Source: an uncultured Phycisphaerales bacterium (GTDB lineage: Bacteria > Planctomycetota > Phycisphaerae > Sedimentisphaerales > Anaerobacaceae). Taken from it: a DNA stretch of 64,000 nt. Positions 31,233 through 40,808 of the stretch are shown in pieces; position 1 is the first letter of the stretch, and every line of letters starts with the position of its first letter. The stretch spans positions 1,408,001 through 1,472,000 of the forward strand of contig OY970359.1 of the NCBI GenBank assembly GCA_963718665.1, in the 5' to 3' direction. The translations under genes and the position numbers were made by a program. The notes under the pieces were generated by a model. The model was not told the origin of the DNA, made no database searches, and saw only the letters and a program-made list of their open reading frames with translations.

Positions 31233-32537
31233 TTACTGCTGTTTGTCCAGTTCTGTTCCCGCCAGCATCTCAAGCTCAGCCAGTTTCTGCCGATTGTCCG
31301 CCAGGGCTCGCTGATATGACAGACGGTAATCCATAAGTACCCGTTGCGCGTCAAGCAGAGCGTTAAAATCGCCGTTTCCTTCCCTGTACGCCGCTTCCGA
31401 TGACCGTAGCTGCTCTTCGGCTTTTGGTATCAGTGTTTCACGATAAAGCCCGATTTTTTTGATGCTGTCGTTGTATTCGTAATATGCCTGTGCCGACTTG
31501 GCCAGGATATTATTTTCCGCCTCCACCCTTTGCTGTTCGATGCTTGTTGCCTCGGATACCGCTTGTCGCTGTTCGCTCCTGTAGCTGTCCTGCCACAATG
31601 GCACGTTAAGCGAGAGCATCAGCATTGTGTCCCTGCTGCTGTCCTGCGTGTTCCCGCCGGGTCTTTTTGTTTGCTCGAATTGCAGCCCGATTCCGATATC
31701 GGGATAAAAATTTTTCTCCACGCTTTTGACTTTGCTCTTGGCCGCCATTTCCTCGAAGCCAAGGCCCACAAGTTCCGGGTTTTTCTGCCTCAGCAGGTTT
31801 ACCAGCAGCTCATAATCAATCGCCGCCAGCTCGAAATCCCCCTGCTCAGGTGCCGGCAGGTTCGTATCTGCCGGCAGATTCAGTGACGCTTTCAGTCGGC
31901 TTATTGTCGGCTCACGCAACTGCTCAAGCCCTTTGAGCATGTTTTCCATTTTCGCCGTCTCAACCTGTGCCCGAATCAAATCCGGACGACCTGTGTCCGC
32001 CGTGATGTGTTTTGTCCTGGTTATTTCCTCGAATCGTTTTAATAAATCAAGGTTTGCTCCCGCTATAGCCGTCGCCCTGGCTAAGTATGAATACTCATAA
32101 AAGTCGCTCTTGACTTCCTTGAGAAGCGAAAGCCGGGCTGCCTGATACTTTTGTTTCGCTGCTTCAGCGTTCTTCGCCGCCGCATCGGCCCTCGCGTTTA
32201 TCTTGCCGAACCACGGAAACATCTGTGTTATGCTTACAACCCGCTTTTCGTACGCATCCGGCAGGTAGTAGCCGTATCCCAATTGAGGGTCTGGCAGCGT
32301 TTTTGCCTGAACAACCTCCTTCGTTGCCGCCACCCATTGCTGATAGCTGCTCTTTAACCCGGCGTTGTGCGCCTCCGCGTAACTTATATAGTCCTTCAGC
32401 GTCAAAAACCGGTTTGGCTCAACAATCGCAAGCAGAGTAGCGTTGTTCGGCTCGCTCGTCGCGACCGCGCATTGGGCCAGAATCGCTATAATCGCTCCTG
32501 CTATCAGTATTGCTGTTCTCATTGGTCTGTTTTCCAC
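31233..32537 (-). CDS. TolC/CusC-family outer-membrane efflux protein (copy 2)
   Basis: Clear paralogue of 29468-30727 (FLTL.DY..YAEAHNAGLKSSYQQ ... KLAELEMLAGTELD). Confidence 0.88.
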   Translation of the reverse strand: MENRPMRTAILIAGAIIAILAQCAVATSEPNNATLLAIVEPNRFLTLKDYISYAEAHNAGLKSSYQQWVAATKEVVQAKTLPDPQLGYGYYLPDAYEKRVVSITQMFPWFGKINARADAAAKNAEAAKQKYQAARLSLLKEVKSDFYEYSYLARATAIAGANLDLLKRFEEITRTKHITADTGRPDLIRAQVETAKMENMLKGLEQLREPTISRLKASLNLPADTNLPAPEQGDFELAAIDYELLVNLLRQKNPELVGLGFEEMAAKSKVKSVEKNFYPDIGIGLQFEQTKRPGGNTQDSSRDTMLMLSLNVPLWQDSYRSEQRQAVSEATSIEQQRVEAENNILAKSAQAYYEYNDSIKKIGLYRETLIPKAEEQLRSSEAAYREGNGDFNALLDAQRVLMDYRLSYQRALADNRQKLAELEMLAGTELDKQQ

Positions 32538-32678
32538 TAACCTTGCCGGGATACACTATATCAGCTTTGCCATCATAAACAAACGACATCTGTGATTAAG
32601 ATATAGTATCCACCCAGAAAAACCGGTTTCTTAATTATTACCGGTGTCGATAATTTGTTGTTCCTGGTTTTGCCGTGA

Positions 32679-33731
32679 TTATTTGTCGTTCGCGTCCGCG
32701 GTGCCGACGTGGGTTGTCAGCCGTTCGACGAGAAAATCCCCGAAGGCGTTGAGATTTTTCCATTTCATCGCACAATTTATTTTCTTCGCCTTGCCGTCTA
32801 TCACCGTGCGCCCGTCATCCGTAACGCGAATACCGAGGGTTTCCGTCTCCAGTAAATCGTGACTCATCGCAAGGTAAATCGCCACGGTATCAAACAGTGT
32901 TGTACTCCGGGCACCCGCCTGTGCCTCATTTATGTTGCCGCTTTTTGCCCACACACGGTAGTTTTCAATAACTGCTTTCGTTATTGGGCTGTTGCAGTCC
33001 AGGACCTTCTTGTAGTCGTCCCCGTCCAGCGACACCATCCCGCAGGTATCTAAAGGCGTTATTGTCATATCCCATTCCGCCGCGAAGACCATCTGTGACG
33101 CCTTGATAAATGAAACAATGTTGTATTCTTTTTCCGGCTTCGACTTCTCGCCGTAGCCCCTGCGGATACTTCCCTGCATCCCCACAAACCGGGCCTTCTT
33201 CGCTATATTCGGCTCGCGTTCCAGCGCAGCCGCGATATTGGGCAGGGGGCCTGTTGAGATAATAGTTATCGGCTCCGGGGAATTCATAATCGTATCTATC
33301 ATCGCCCGCACGCCGTCCTGGTAAATCTTCCCTGGATACTTCGATAAATCGAAATCCTTCACCCAGCCATCCTGCCTGTGCCCGGTTTTCATATCCCCTA
33401 TGGCCACCCCCGTCCCGATTGGTATGTCCGTTCTTCCTGCTGTTTGCAGCATTTTTGCCACAACCTTTGTTCTGGCCGTCGTATCGCCCACCGCCGTGGT
33501 AATCAGCTTTATGTCGAATTCGGGTGATTGAAGCAGCATTGCCAGCGCCCACGTGTCGTCGATGTCGTCGCAGATGTCGGTATCGAGAATAACCGCTATC
33601 TTAGCGTTCTTGTCTGCGGGGAAAATCGCGGACTTGACGTTGGTTGATACTTTTTCGACCTTCTCGCACCCGCAAAATATAATCAACGCCGTCAGGGCCG
33701 CGGTCAGCAGGTATCCTTTTTTCCCGTTCAT
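32679..33731 (-). CDS. Nucleoside hydrolase (IU-NH) family protein with predicted lipoprotein signal
   Basis: ILDTDICDDIDD, TGPLPNIA, EYNI, ITPLD motifs; N-terminal LIIFCGC. Confidence 0.82.
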   Translation of the reverse strand: MNGKKGYLLTAALTALIIFCGCEKVEKVSTNVKSAIFPADKNAKIAVILDTDICDDIDDTWALAMLLQSPEFDIKLITTAVGDTTARTKVVAKMLQTAGRTDIPIGTGVAIGDMKTGHRQDGWVKDFDLSKYPGKIYQDGVRAMIDTIMNSPEPITIISTGPLPNIAAALEREPNIAKKARFVGMQGSIRRGYGEKSKPEKEYNIVSFIKASQMVFAAEWDMTITPLDTCGMVSLDGDDYKKVLDCNSPITKAVIENYRVWAKSGNINEAQAGARSTTLFDTVAIYLAMSHDLLETETLGIRVTDDGRTVIDGKAKKINCAMKWKNLNAFGDFLVERLTTHVGTADANDK

Positions 33732-33896
33732 TTTAAGTTCCTTTCGAATGCTGTTTGCCGGCCGATATGATAATCTTCTGTCAAGCCCTCTGCTAATACA
33801 AATTACCTAAGAATCCTTCTCATCTTTGATTATCCCCCCTTGACTTTTCGCCGGATTTTTATATTGTTGCATAAGTTTTGTGCAAGGAGGCCTAAA

Positions 33897-35163
33897 TTGG
33901 CAGAAAAAATGACAGCAGGAGCGTTTGTTTTTGAATCGCCGGCAAGTTCGCCGGTCGGCAGCGTGTTGTATGACGAGCACCTCAAGCTCACCGATAAATC
34001 CCATATCGCCGAATTCGCCGGATATCTGATGCCCCTGTGGTATTCTTCGATTGCCGAAGAACATTCCGCCGTCCGTCAGCGGGCGGGCATTTTTGACTGC
34101 ACCCACATGGCGCTCTTGAGGTTGTAGGCCCGAACGCCGAAAGCTTTCTCGACGCGGTTACGACCAATAACGTCCGAACATTGCAGGTCGGCTCAGCACA
34201 ATACAGCTACCTCCTTGATGCTGCGGGCAATGTTCTCGACGATATAATCATCTACCGGCGCGATAAAGAAAAATTTATGGTCGTTGTTAACGCCTCGAAT
34301 GAGCCGAAAGCCAAAGCGTATCTGGCTGCATTGCAGGCAGGCAAAACAAAAATAGACCTGGCAAAACCCGACAGGAAAATTAAGACCGCCCCCGTTCGTG
34401 ATATGCGTGATACCAAAACTGGCCCCGATTGCAGGGTCGATATTGCTATTCAGGGGCCTTCATCGCCGGATGTCCTTTGCAAGCTCGCGGATGCCTCGGT
34501 CGGTCAGCAGCTCAAAAATCTCAAAAGCTTTACGTTCTGCCAGGCGAAACTGGCGAATATCGACTGCATCATCTCCCGCACCGGCTACACCGGGGCAAAG
34601 GTCTGTTTCGAGCTTTTCGTGCATCCGAAAGACGCCGCGAATTTGTGGCAAAAGTTAATTGACGCGGGCGCATTGCCCTGCGGACTGGCGCAAGAGATAG
34701 CTTGCGTGTCGAAGCCGGTCTGCCTCTTTATGGCCACGAGCTTGATGGACCGTATAATATATCCCCGTTCGAGGCTGGCTATGGCTGGGCGGTTAAGCTC
34801 GACAAGGACTTCTTCATCGGCAAGGCAGCGATGGAGAAAATCTCAAAAACCTGTAAAATGAAAGTCGCCCGTCTCGAGCTTTCAGGCGAAAAGGGCGTTC
34901 GTCCCGTCCGCCAGAATGACCCGGTGATAAGCGATTGCGTATGCGTTGGCTGGGTCCTCAGCAGCGCAACCGCCGGCTCAAGACAAATTGCGATTGTATA
35001 TATGGACAAGGATAAAGCGGTCGAGGGTAATTCGGTTGATATATATTACCTGGCACGCAGCGAAAGCCAGAAAAACAAGGGCAGAAAACAGGCCGTACAG
35101 CAAGGCGAGCGGATAAACGGGGACATAACAGGCAAAGTGGTAAGCCGATTCGAAAAATTTTAG
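33897..35163 (+). CDS. gcvT: Glycine cleavage system aminomethyltransferase T; two apparent 1-nt frameshifts (near 34109 and 34687)
   Basis: [26 protein letters not shown](G), SRTGYTG, CGL(G)[15 protein letters not shown]; each break is repaired by adding one G. Confidence 0.9.
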
Positions 35164-35178
35164 GACTGGAGAAAATCT

Positions 35179-35559
35179 ATGGTTCCAAAAGGGCTGCTTT
35201 ACACAAAAGACCACGAATGGGCAAAAATCGAAGGCGATATCGCGATTATCGGCATAACCGACCACGCCCAGAACCAGTTGGGCGAGCTGACCTTCGTTGA
35301 ATTGCCCGACGTCGGCAAAGAGGTCAAACAAAAAGGCGAGCTTGCCGTCGTCGAAAGCTCCAAGGCCGCCAGCGATGTTTATTCGCCGGTAACAGGAAAG
35401 GTTATCGAGGTCAATAAGGCCCTCCAGGCCAAGCCGGAAATAGTAAACGACGAGTGTTACGGCTCCGGCTGGATTTGCAAAATCCAGATAACAGACAAGG
35501 CGACGACGGAAAACCTTATGGACACCACGCAGTATGAGGAATACCTGAAAGGGCTTTAA
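35179..35559 (+). CDS. gcvH: Glycine cleavage system H protein
   Basis: YTKDHEW, GITDHAQ..LG, lipoyl-Lys motif VESSKAASD. Confidence 0.96.
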   Translation: MVPKGLLYTKDHEWAKIEGDIAIIGITDHAQNQLGELTFVELPDVGKEVKQKGELAVVESSKAASDVYSPVTGKVIEVNKALQAKPEIVNDECYGSGWICKIQITDKATTENLMDTTQYEEYLKGL

Positions 35560-35562
35560 GAT

Positions 35563-36894
35563 ATGCCGTTTATTGCCAATACCGCCGAGCAGCAAAAGCA
35601 GATGCTTTCCGAGATGGGTCTCACGATGGACAAGCTCTTCTCGGATATACCGAAAGGACTTTTGGCTGGCTCTCTGAATTTGCCGGACGGTCTGCCCGAG
35701 CAGGAAGTTCGCAATGTGCTCGCTGACCTCGCGGATAAAAATTCCATAAACCTCACGCTTTTTTTAGGCGGCGGCTTCTACGACCATTTCATACCGTCCG
35801 CCGTGTATTCGCTCATATCCCGCAGCGAATTTTATACCGCCTACACGCCTTATCAGCCCGAGGTCTCGCAGGGGACATTGCAGGCCATATACGAATATCA
35901 ATCGACGATTTGCCGGCTGACCGATATGGAAGTCGCCAACGCCTCAATCTACGATGGCGGCACCGCCATGTACGAGGCGATGATGATGTCCCTTCGCATC
36001 ACGGGCAGAAACAAAGTAATCATAGATGACAGTGTCAATCCTATTTACCGCGTTATGATTGAATCCTATACGCGCAACCTCAAAATCGAGCACGTCACGA
36101 CCCACTGCGAAACCGGCCTTGTTGACCGTGACCAGATATTGGCCAAACTCAATAATGACACCGCCGCCGTGATTTTGCAGAACCCCAATTTCTTCGGCTG
36201 CATCGATGACTTCAGTGACATAGCCGAAGCCGCACACAAAAAAGGCGCTCTTCTGGTCGTGTCCAGCTATCCCATATCGCTCGGAATCCTGAAAACACCC
36301 GGCTCAATGGGCGCTGATATCGTAACAGGCGAAGGCCAAAGCTTGGGTATGCCGATGTCTTTTGGCGGGCCATACCTCGGCTTTATGGCGACCCGGATGC
36401 AGCACGTCCGCAAAATGCCCGGCCGCATCATAGGCCGGACCAAAGACCGCAATGGTAACGACTGCTTCGTTATGACCCTTCAGGCAAGAGAACAGCACAT
36501 ACGCCGGGAAAAAGCTACTTCCAATATCTGCTCCAACGAGGCCCTTTGCGCAATGACCGCACTGGTGTATCTGTCATTATTAGGTAAAGAGGGTTTGCGA
36601 GAGACGGCGCAGCTTTGCGCCGACAAGGCCAGTTACGCTTACAATCGCCTCACCGCCATACCGGGCGTAAAATCCCATTTCAAGGCCAGGTGGTTCTTCA
36701 ACGAATTTGTGCTCGACCTGCCCAAAGACGCCGCGGATGTGATAGGTAAACTTATCGAAAAAGGTTTCGCCGCTGGCTTCCCGCTGAGCAGGTATTATCC
36801 CGATATGAAAAATTGCATTCTTGTTTGCGTAACCGAAAAGCGAACCAAACAGCAGATAGGTATGTTCGCAGAAGCCCTGGAGAGTGTTCTATGA
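35563..36894 (+). CDS. gcvPA: Glycine dehydrogenase subunit 1
   Basis: FLGGGFYDH, EFYTAYTPYQPE, REQHIRREKATSNICSN. Confidence 0.95.
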   Translation: MPFIANTAEQQKQMLSEMGLTMDKLFSDIPKGLLAGSLNLPDGLPEQEVRNVLADLADKNSINLTLFLGGGFYDHFIPSAVYSLISRSEFYTAYTPYQPEVSQGTLQAIYEYQSTICRLTDMEVANASIYDGGTAMYEAMMMSLRITGRNKVIIDDSVNPIYRVMIESYTRNLKIEHVTTHCETGLVDRDQILAKLNNDTAAVILQNPNFFGCIDDFSDIAEAAHKKGALLVVSSYPISLGILKTPGSMGADIVTGEGQSLGMPMSFGGPYLGFMATRMQHVRKMPGRIIGRTKDRNGNDCFVMTLQAREQHIRREKATSNICSNEALCAMTALVYLSLLGKEGLRETAQLCADKASYAYNRLTAIPGVKSHFKARWFFNEFVLDLPKDAADVIGKLIEKGFAAGFPLSRYYPDMKNCILVCVTEKRTKQQIGMFAEALESVL

Positions 36895-38339
36895 AACTGA
36901 TATTCGATAAAAGCGTGCCCGACAGGCGCGGCGTTACAACAACGCGAAGCGACGTGGCCACTACCGTAAATATAAAAAAGGAATTTCTCCGTAATAAACC
37001 CGCCCAGCTCCCCGAGCTTACTGAGCTTGACGTGGTAAGACACTTCACGGAATTATCTCGTCGCAATTTCGGCGTCGATACCAATTTTTATCCGCTCGGC
37101 TCCTGCACGATGAAATACAACCCCAAAGTCGCCGAACGTATCGCCGCGTATCCCGGCTTCGCGCATCTCCACCCGCTCCTTCCCCAGTTACGCGGAGGTG
37201 GTATGCTTACTCAGGGTGCGCTCGCCGTCCTTTACGAAATGGATATGCTCTTGCGTGAAATAACCGGTATGGCTGGTTTCACCATGCAGCCGATGGCAGG
37301 CGCACACGGCGAACTCACCGGCATGATGATTATGGCTGCTTATCATCGCGACAAAGGCAATAAGAAAACCACAGTCCTCATCCCCGACAGCGCACACGGC
37401 ACTAACCCCGCAAGCGCAGCAATCGCCGGCTACAAGGTCGTCTCTGTCCCCAGCACCGACAAAGGCGTGATGGATGTCAACGCCCTTAAAAAACTCATCA
37501 ATGATGAAGTCGCGGGCCTTATGCTCACTTGCCCAAATACGCTTGGCCTATTCGACCCCAATATCAAACAGATTTGCGATTTGATTCACAGCGTCGATGG
37601 TCTCGCCTATTACGACGGCGCAAACCTCAACGCCATCGTCGGCAAAGCCCGCCCCGGCGACTTCGGCTTCGATATTGTCCACATCAATCTCCACAAAACC
37701 TTCGCCACCCCTCACGGCGGAGGCGGCCCCGGCGCAGGCCCCGTCGGTGTTACAAAGAAACTCGTCGATTACCTTCCCGTCTCAATTGTTACCAAACGCG
37801 ACGACGGCACTTACGCCCTTGAATACGACCGCCCCAAATCCATTGGCTACATCGCCCCCTTCTATGGCAACTTCGCCGTAATTCTCAAGGCGTATGTTTA
37901 TATCCTTATGCTTGGCAAAGCCGGCCTCGTCCGCGTTGCCGAAAACGCCGTCCTCAACGCTAATTACGTCCGCGTAAAATTGAAAAAACACTTTGCACAG
38001 GCAGTCGATGCTGTGTGCAAGCACGAATGTGTCCTGACGCCATCAAAGAGTATGCTCGATTCAGGCGTCCACGCCCTCGATGTCGCAAAAGCGATCATTG
38101 ACCGCGGCTTTCATCCGCCCACCGTCTATTTCCCCACGACCGTCCACGATGCGATTATGATTGAGCCGACGGAAACCGAGAGCAAAGAAACGCTCGACTC
38201 ATTTATCGATGCGATGCTCGATATCGCCGAAGTCGCCAAAACCGACCCCGAAAAAATCAAGGCCTCGCCTTCGACTACTCCCATTTGCAGACCAGACGAC
38301 ACCGCCGCCGCCAAAAACCTCGACCTTGCTTGCCTGTAA
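36891..38339 (+). CDS. gcvPB: Glycine dehydrogenase subunit 2
   Basis: FYPLGSCTMKYNP, PDSAHGTNPAS, PLP-Lys motif NLHKTFATPHGGGGPG; ATGA overlap with gcvPA. Confidence 0.95.
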   Translation: MKLIFDKSVPDRRGVTTTRSDVATTVNIKKEFLRNKPAQLPELTELDVVRHFTELSRRNFGVDTNFYPLGSCTMKYNPKVAERIAAYPGFAHLHPLLPQLRGGGMLTQGALAVLYEMDMLLREITGMAGFTMQPMAGAHGELTGMMIMAAYHRDKGNKKTTVLIPDSAHGTNPASAAIAGYKVVSVPSTDKGVMDVNALKKLINDEVAGLMLTCPNTLGLFDPNIKQICDLIHSVDGLAYYDGANLNAIVGKARPGDFGFDIVHINLHKTFATPHGGGGPGAGPVGVTKKLVDYLPVSIVTKRDDGTYALEYDRPKSIGYIAPFYGNFAVILKAYVYILMLGKAGLVRVAENAVLNANYVRVKLKKHFAQAVDAVCKHECVLTPSKSMLDSGVHALDVAKAIIDRGFHPPTVYFPTTVHDAIMIEPTETESKETLDSFIDAMLDIAEVAKTDPEKIKASPSTTPICRPDDTAAAKNLDLACL

Positions 38340-38546
38340 GAAATAGATTTTTTCTTCCTTGAAATAATTAGCCCCGTCATCATCGCCGGAGGCGTGTGAC
38401 GGGGTTCCCCGCGAACTTTATCCTCCTCTGGCGGATTTTTGCCGGGTCATTAAAACGGCAGGGTTCCCCGCGGTTTGGGTAGAATTGGAGGTAGGAGCTA
38501 ATATTAAAAATAAAGTATAGGTGGCTATCCTCAGCTATTTACCTAT

Positions 38547-38846
38547 TTATTGGTTATGTTTTTTAAGCCAACTTTTTAATTTTCTGACGGCAAAGCAATT
38601 TATTCTATATTCGTCACATATAGATATAACTTTCTTTGTATTTTCAATGTTTGGACTTTTCGGTGAAAAGATGTTGTTATATTCCTCTGGCAACATCAAC
38701 AGCCATTTTGCTTCTTTTTTCGTATCGACACAAAAAACTTTGCCAAACATATTAACAGAAAATGTACTATCGCTATTTTTCTTTATTGAAACACTTGCTT
38801 CTTCTTTAACCGTTGTTGAGTTAATCTTCATAATCTCGACCTTCAC
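38547..38846 (-). CDS. Hypothetical protein (AT-rich)
   Basis: 99-codon ORF in an AT-rich islet; no recognisable motif. Confidence 0.4.
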   Translation of the reverse strand: MKVEIMKINSTTVKEEASVSIKKNSDSTFSVNMFGKVFCVDTKKEAKWLLMLPEEYNNIFSPKSPNIENTKKVISICDEYRINCFAVRKLKSWLKKHNQ

Positions 38847-39190
38847 TGTTTTTCACAACTACGTAAACATAATACCCGGTCATCCATGACCATAAGGAGG
38901 TTTTTTATGACGTTGCTATCATTAAAAATATCCAGAATATCAGCCCGAAAAACAGACTTATTCCAATTGTTGCAATCCACCCTTCTATATATTTTCTATC
39001 AGTCATTTTCGCACCTTATAAATGTTATGCACCTTATAGTTGCTCGACCGGCTAAACGCAATGCCTCTACGGCATAGGATTTGGACTTGTGTAAGATAGT
39101 TTTCATTGCTCACTCCTTTAAGGCCGGTTTACCAACATGCTTCTCTGTTAGAGGTGGGGGTGTAACAGAAATGTCATCTAATAATTTTAT

Positions 39191-39655
39191 TCACCCGTAA
39201 CCACAGCATGTCGTATTCTCGTCCGATTTCGTCGATACATTGAATTTCACCCAATTGCCCGTTCGTTTAAAGCCCATCTTTAACCAAAAAGGAAGCGATT
39301 CTTCGGGACAACAAAAACCAGATATAGCAGGATAGCCCTTGTTTTTCGCACATTTAATAATGTGTTCCACGAATAAACGCCCTATACCTTTTCCGCGATA
39401 ATCTGGTCTAACTTCAAGAATTTCAGCAGAGCATCCGTTTCCGAGATAAAAGGCCACAGGTAAATTATCCTTGTTGTCTATTGCTACAGTAAGTTCGCCT
39501 CTTTTCTGCCCCTCCTCTATCAGGTTTGTATTGTTGTAAAAGCCATTTCCTGTCCCAGAACGGTCAAATTCCTCTTTCAACCACGATTTAATTATTTTCA
39601 GGTCCTCCGTTGTTGCTAATCTGAAACGCATGGCAGTTCTCCTTTTGAAATCCAT
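39191..39655 (-). CDS. GNAT-family N-acetyltransferase
   Basis: FRLATTEDL, acetyl-CoA motif A EVRPDYRGKGIG, FWLKMGF; may start at ATG 39631 (AAGGAG upstream). Confidence 0.85.
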   Translation of the reverse strand: MDFKRRTAMRFRLATTEDLKIIKSWLKEEFDRSGTGNGFYNNTNLIEEGQKRGELTVAIDNKDNLPVAFYLGNGCSAEILEVRPDYRGKGIGRLFVEHIIKCAKNKGYPAISGFCCPEESLPFWLKMGFKRTGNWVKFNVSTKSDENTTCCGYG

Positions 39656-39746
39656 ATCTCGCTATGAGATTATATCGGCTGAAAAGAAGGGATGGTTTAT
39701 CGGGAAAACGGCTCGATTACCTATTTTCCCCTGCCCCCTTTTTCTT

Positions 39747-40328
39747 CTAATGCATTTCGTAGATGTCATGAGGATAAGCATACTCGTCAGGATATGGAAC
39801 GTTTCCCTCATGAGCGAGCAAAAAACTGCGATATTTAATTACCGCTTTTGCGAATTCCTTGAACGATCCGATTGAACGGTTTTTATAAGCGTGGATTGCA
39901 TTTCTTCTTTCTCTCACCAAGTCAACAAAGATCCCCCACTGCCTTTTTTCTCTTTTTATCCATACGGTATCCTGAAAGAACCGGCATAACGCAATAAACC
40001 GCAACTCATCCGGATCAACTGCTTTTCCTTTTTTCTTTATTGGATTTGAAGAATAATTTTCATGAAAGACGCAAAGAAACCACATCATTGTTCCTTCGAC
40101 AAGAGCACCAAGATTTACCCATGCAAGTATAAGGCTGCCATCGTGTTCATCTTCATCTGGCACAGGTAACCAGCGTAAAAGGTTCTTAGATAAAGATACT
40201 TGCCAATCCAATCTTGATTTGGAGAGCATCTCTGCTGCGCTGCTGGGGGCCCATCCGCCATTTCCCCAGAAATCACGGATATGCTCATTTACTCTAATTA
40301 TATCTTTTATCGCGTCTCTAGGTTTCAT
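39747..40328 (-). CDS. Hypothetical protein with possible HEPN-like RxxxxH motif
   Basis: Helical protein with LGALVEG and late RRNAIH motifs. Confidence 0.55.
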   Translation of the reverse strand: MKPRDAIKDIIRVNEHIRDFWGNGGWAPSSAAEMLSKSRLDWQVSLSKNLLRWLPVPDEDEHDGSLILAWVNLGALVEGTMMWFLCVFHENYSSNPIKKKGKAVDPDELRFIALCRFFQDTVWIKREKRQWGIFVDLVRERRNAIHAYKNRSIGSFKEFAKAVIKYRSFLLAHEGNVPYPDEYAYPHDIYEMH

Positions 40329-40620
40329 AACCGCTCGCCTTTATTAAATTGCCTAATAACGACAATTTACACTAATGGTAGATAACTTACAATACAACAC
40401 TAACCGTATTCCCCGGCATTGATTCCTCCGACGAATTAATCGCCTGCTTGTCCGCGTATTTTGCCCGGCTTAATTTATTTCGGCCAACCTCGGCTAAATA
40501 GCCGAAGGAAAAACAGTCAGCTTTATAAAAGAGCGATTAGCTCTTGCGGGCGCAGGTGAGGCATTCTGTAAAAGCTGGCTTTGAGAAGAATGTTCACCAA
40601 GAACGCAAAGCTGACTGTTC

Positions 40621-40715
40621 TCTGTGTAATCTGTGGAATCAGTGGCTAAGAACAGTGTCTATCAGTGCAATCTGTGGCAAGAGAACAGCGTAAATCTGCG
40701 TTAATCAGCGTCTAA
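40621..40715. repeat. Degenerate tandem repeat (9-10-nt ATCWGYG subunits in three ~33-nt blocks)
   Basis: tctgtgtaatctgtggaatcagtggctaagaac / agtgtctatcagtgcaatctgtggcaagagaac / agcgtaaatctgcgttaatcagcgtc. Confidence 0.7.
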
Positions 40716-40771
40716 AAAAATTCTCTGCCTGCCCTCCGTAGCTTCAGCGAAGGAGAACGGCAACGCGCATT

Positions 40772-40793
40772 GTAGGTCGGGGATTACCCCGCC
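40772..40793 (+). repeat. REP-like GTAG-hairpin element
   Basis: GTAGGTCGGGG-ATTA-CCCCGCC; a related GCAGGCGGG-TTTA-CCCGCC lies on the minus strand at 47239-47257. Confidence 0.45.
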
Positions 40794-40808
40794 ACCAAAA
40801 ACTCGCCC

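Noticed and set aside
33780..33900. Glycine riboswitch upstream of gcvT
   Set aside because: No GGAGA...CCGAAG...CTCTCAGG aptamer blocks, and the leader is too short
33897..35163. gcvT (and cusA, rng, the KimA-like gene, marR) as true pseudogenes or programmed frameshifts
   Set aside because: No slippery heptamers or other decay; all breaks share a GCGC context, which favours sequencing error
38860..39106. Additional gene between the AT-rich ORFs
   Set aside because: ATG at 39106 has an RBS but stops after about 35 codons; cannot support a product
38480..40400. Integron cassette array
   Set aside because: Hairpins between genes lack RYYYAAC...GTTRRRY attC ends; no integrase in the window
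40621..40715. CRISPR or guide-RNA array
   Set aside because: No identical repeats alternating with unique spacers, and no Cas or Nop-domain gene nearby
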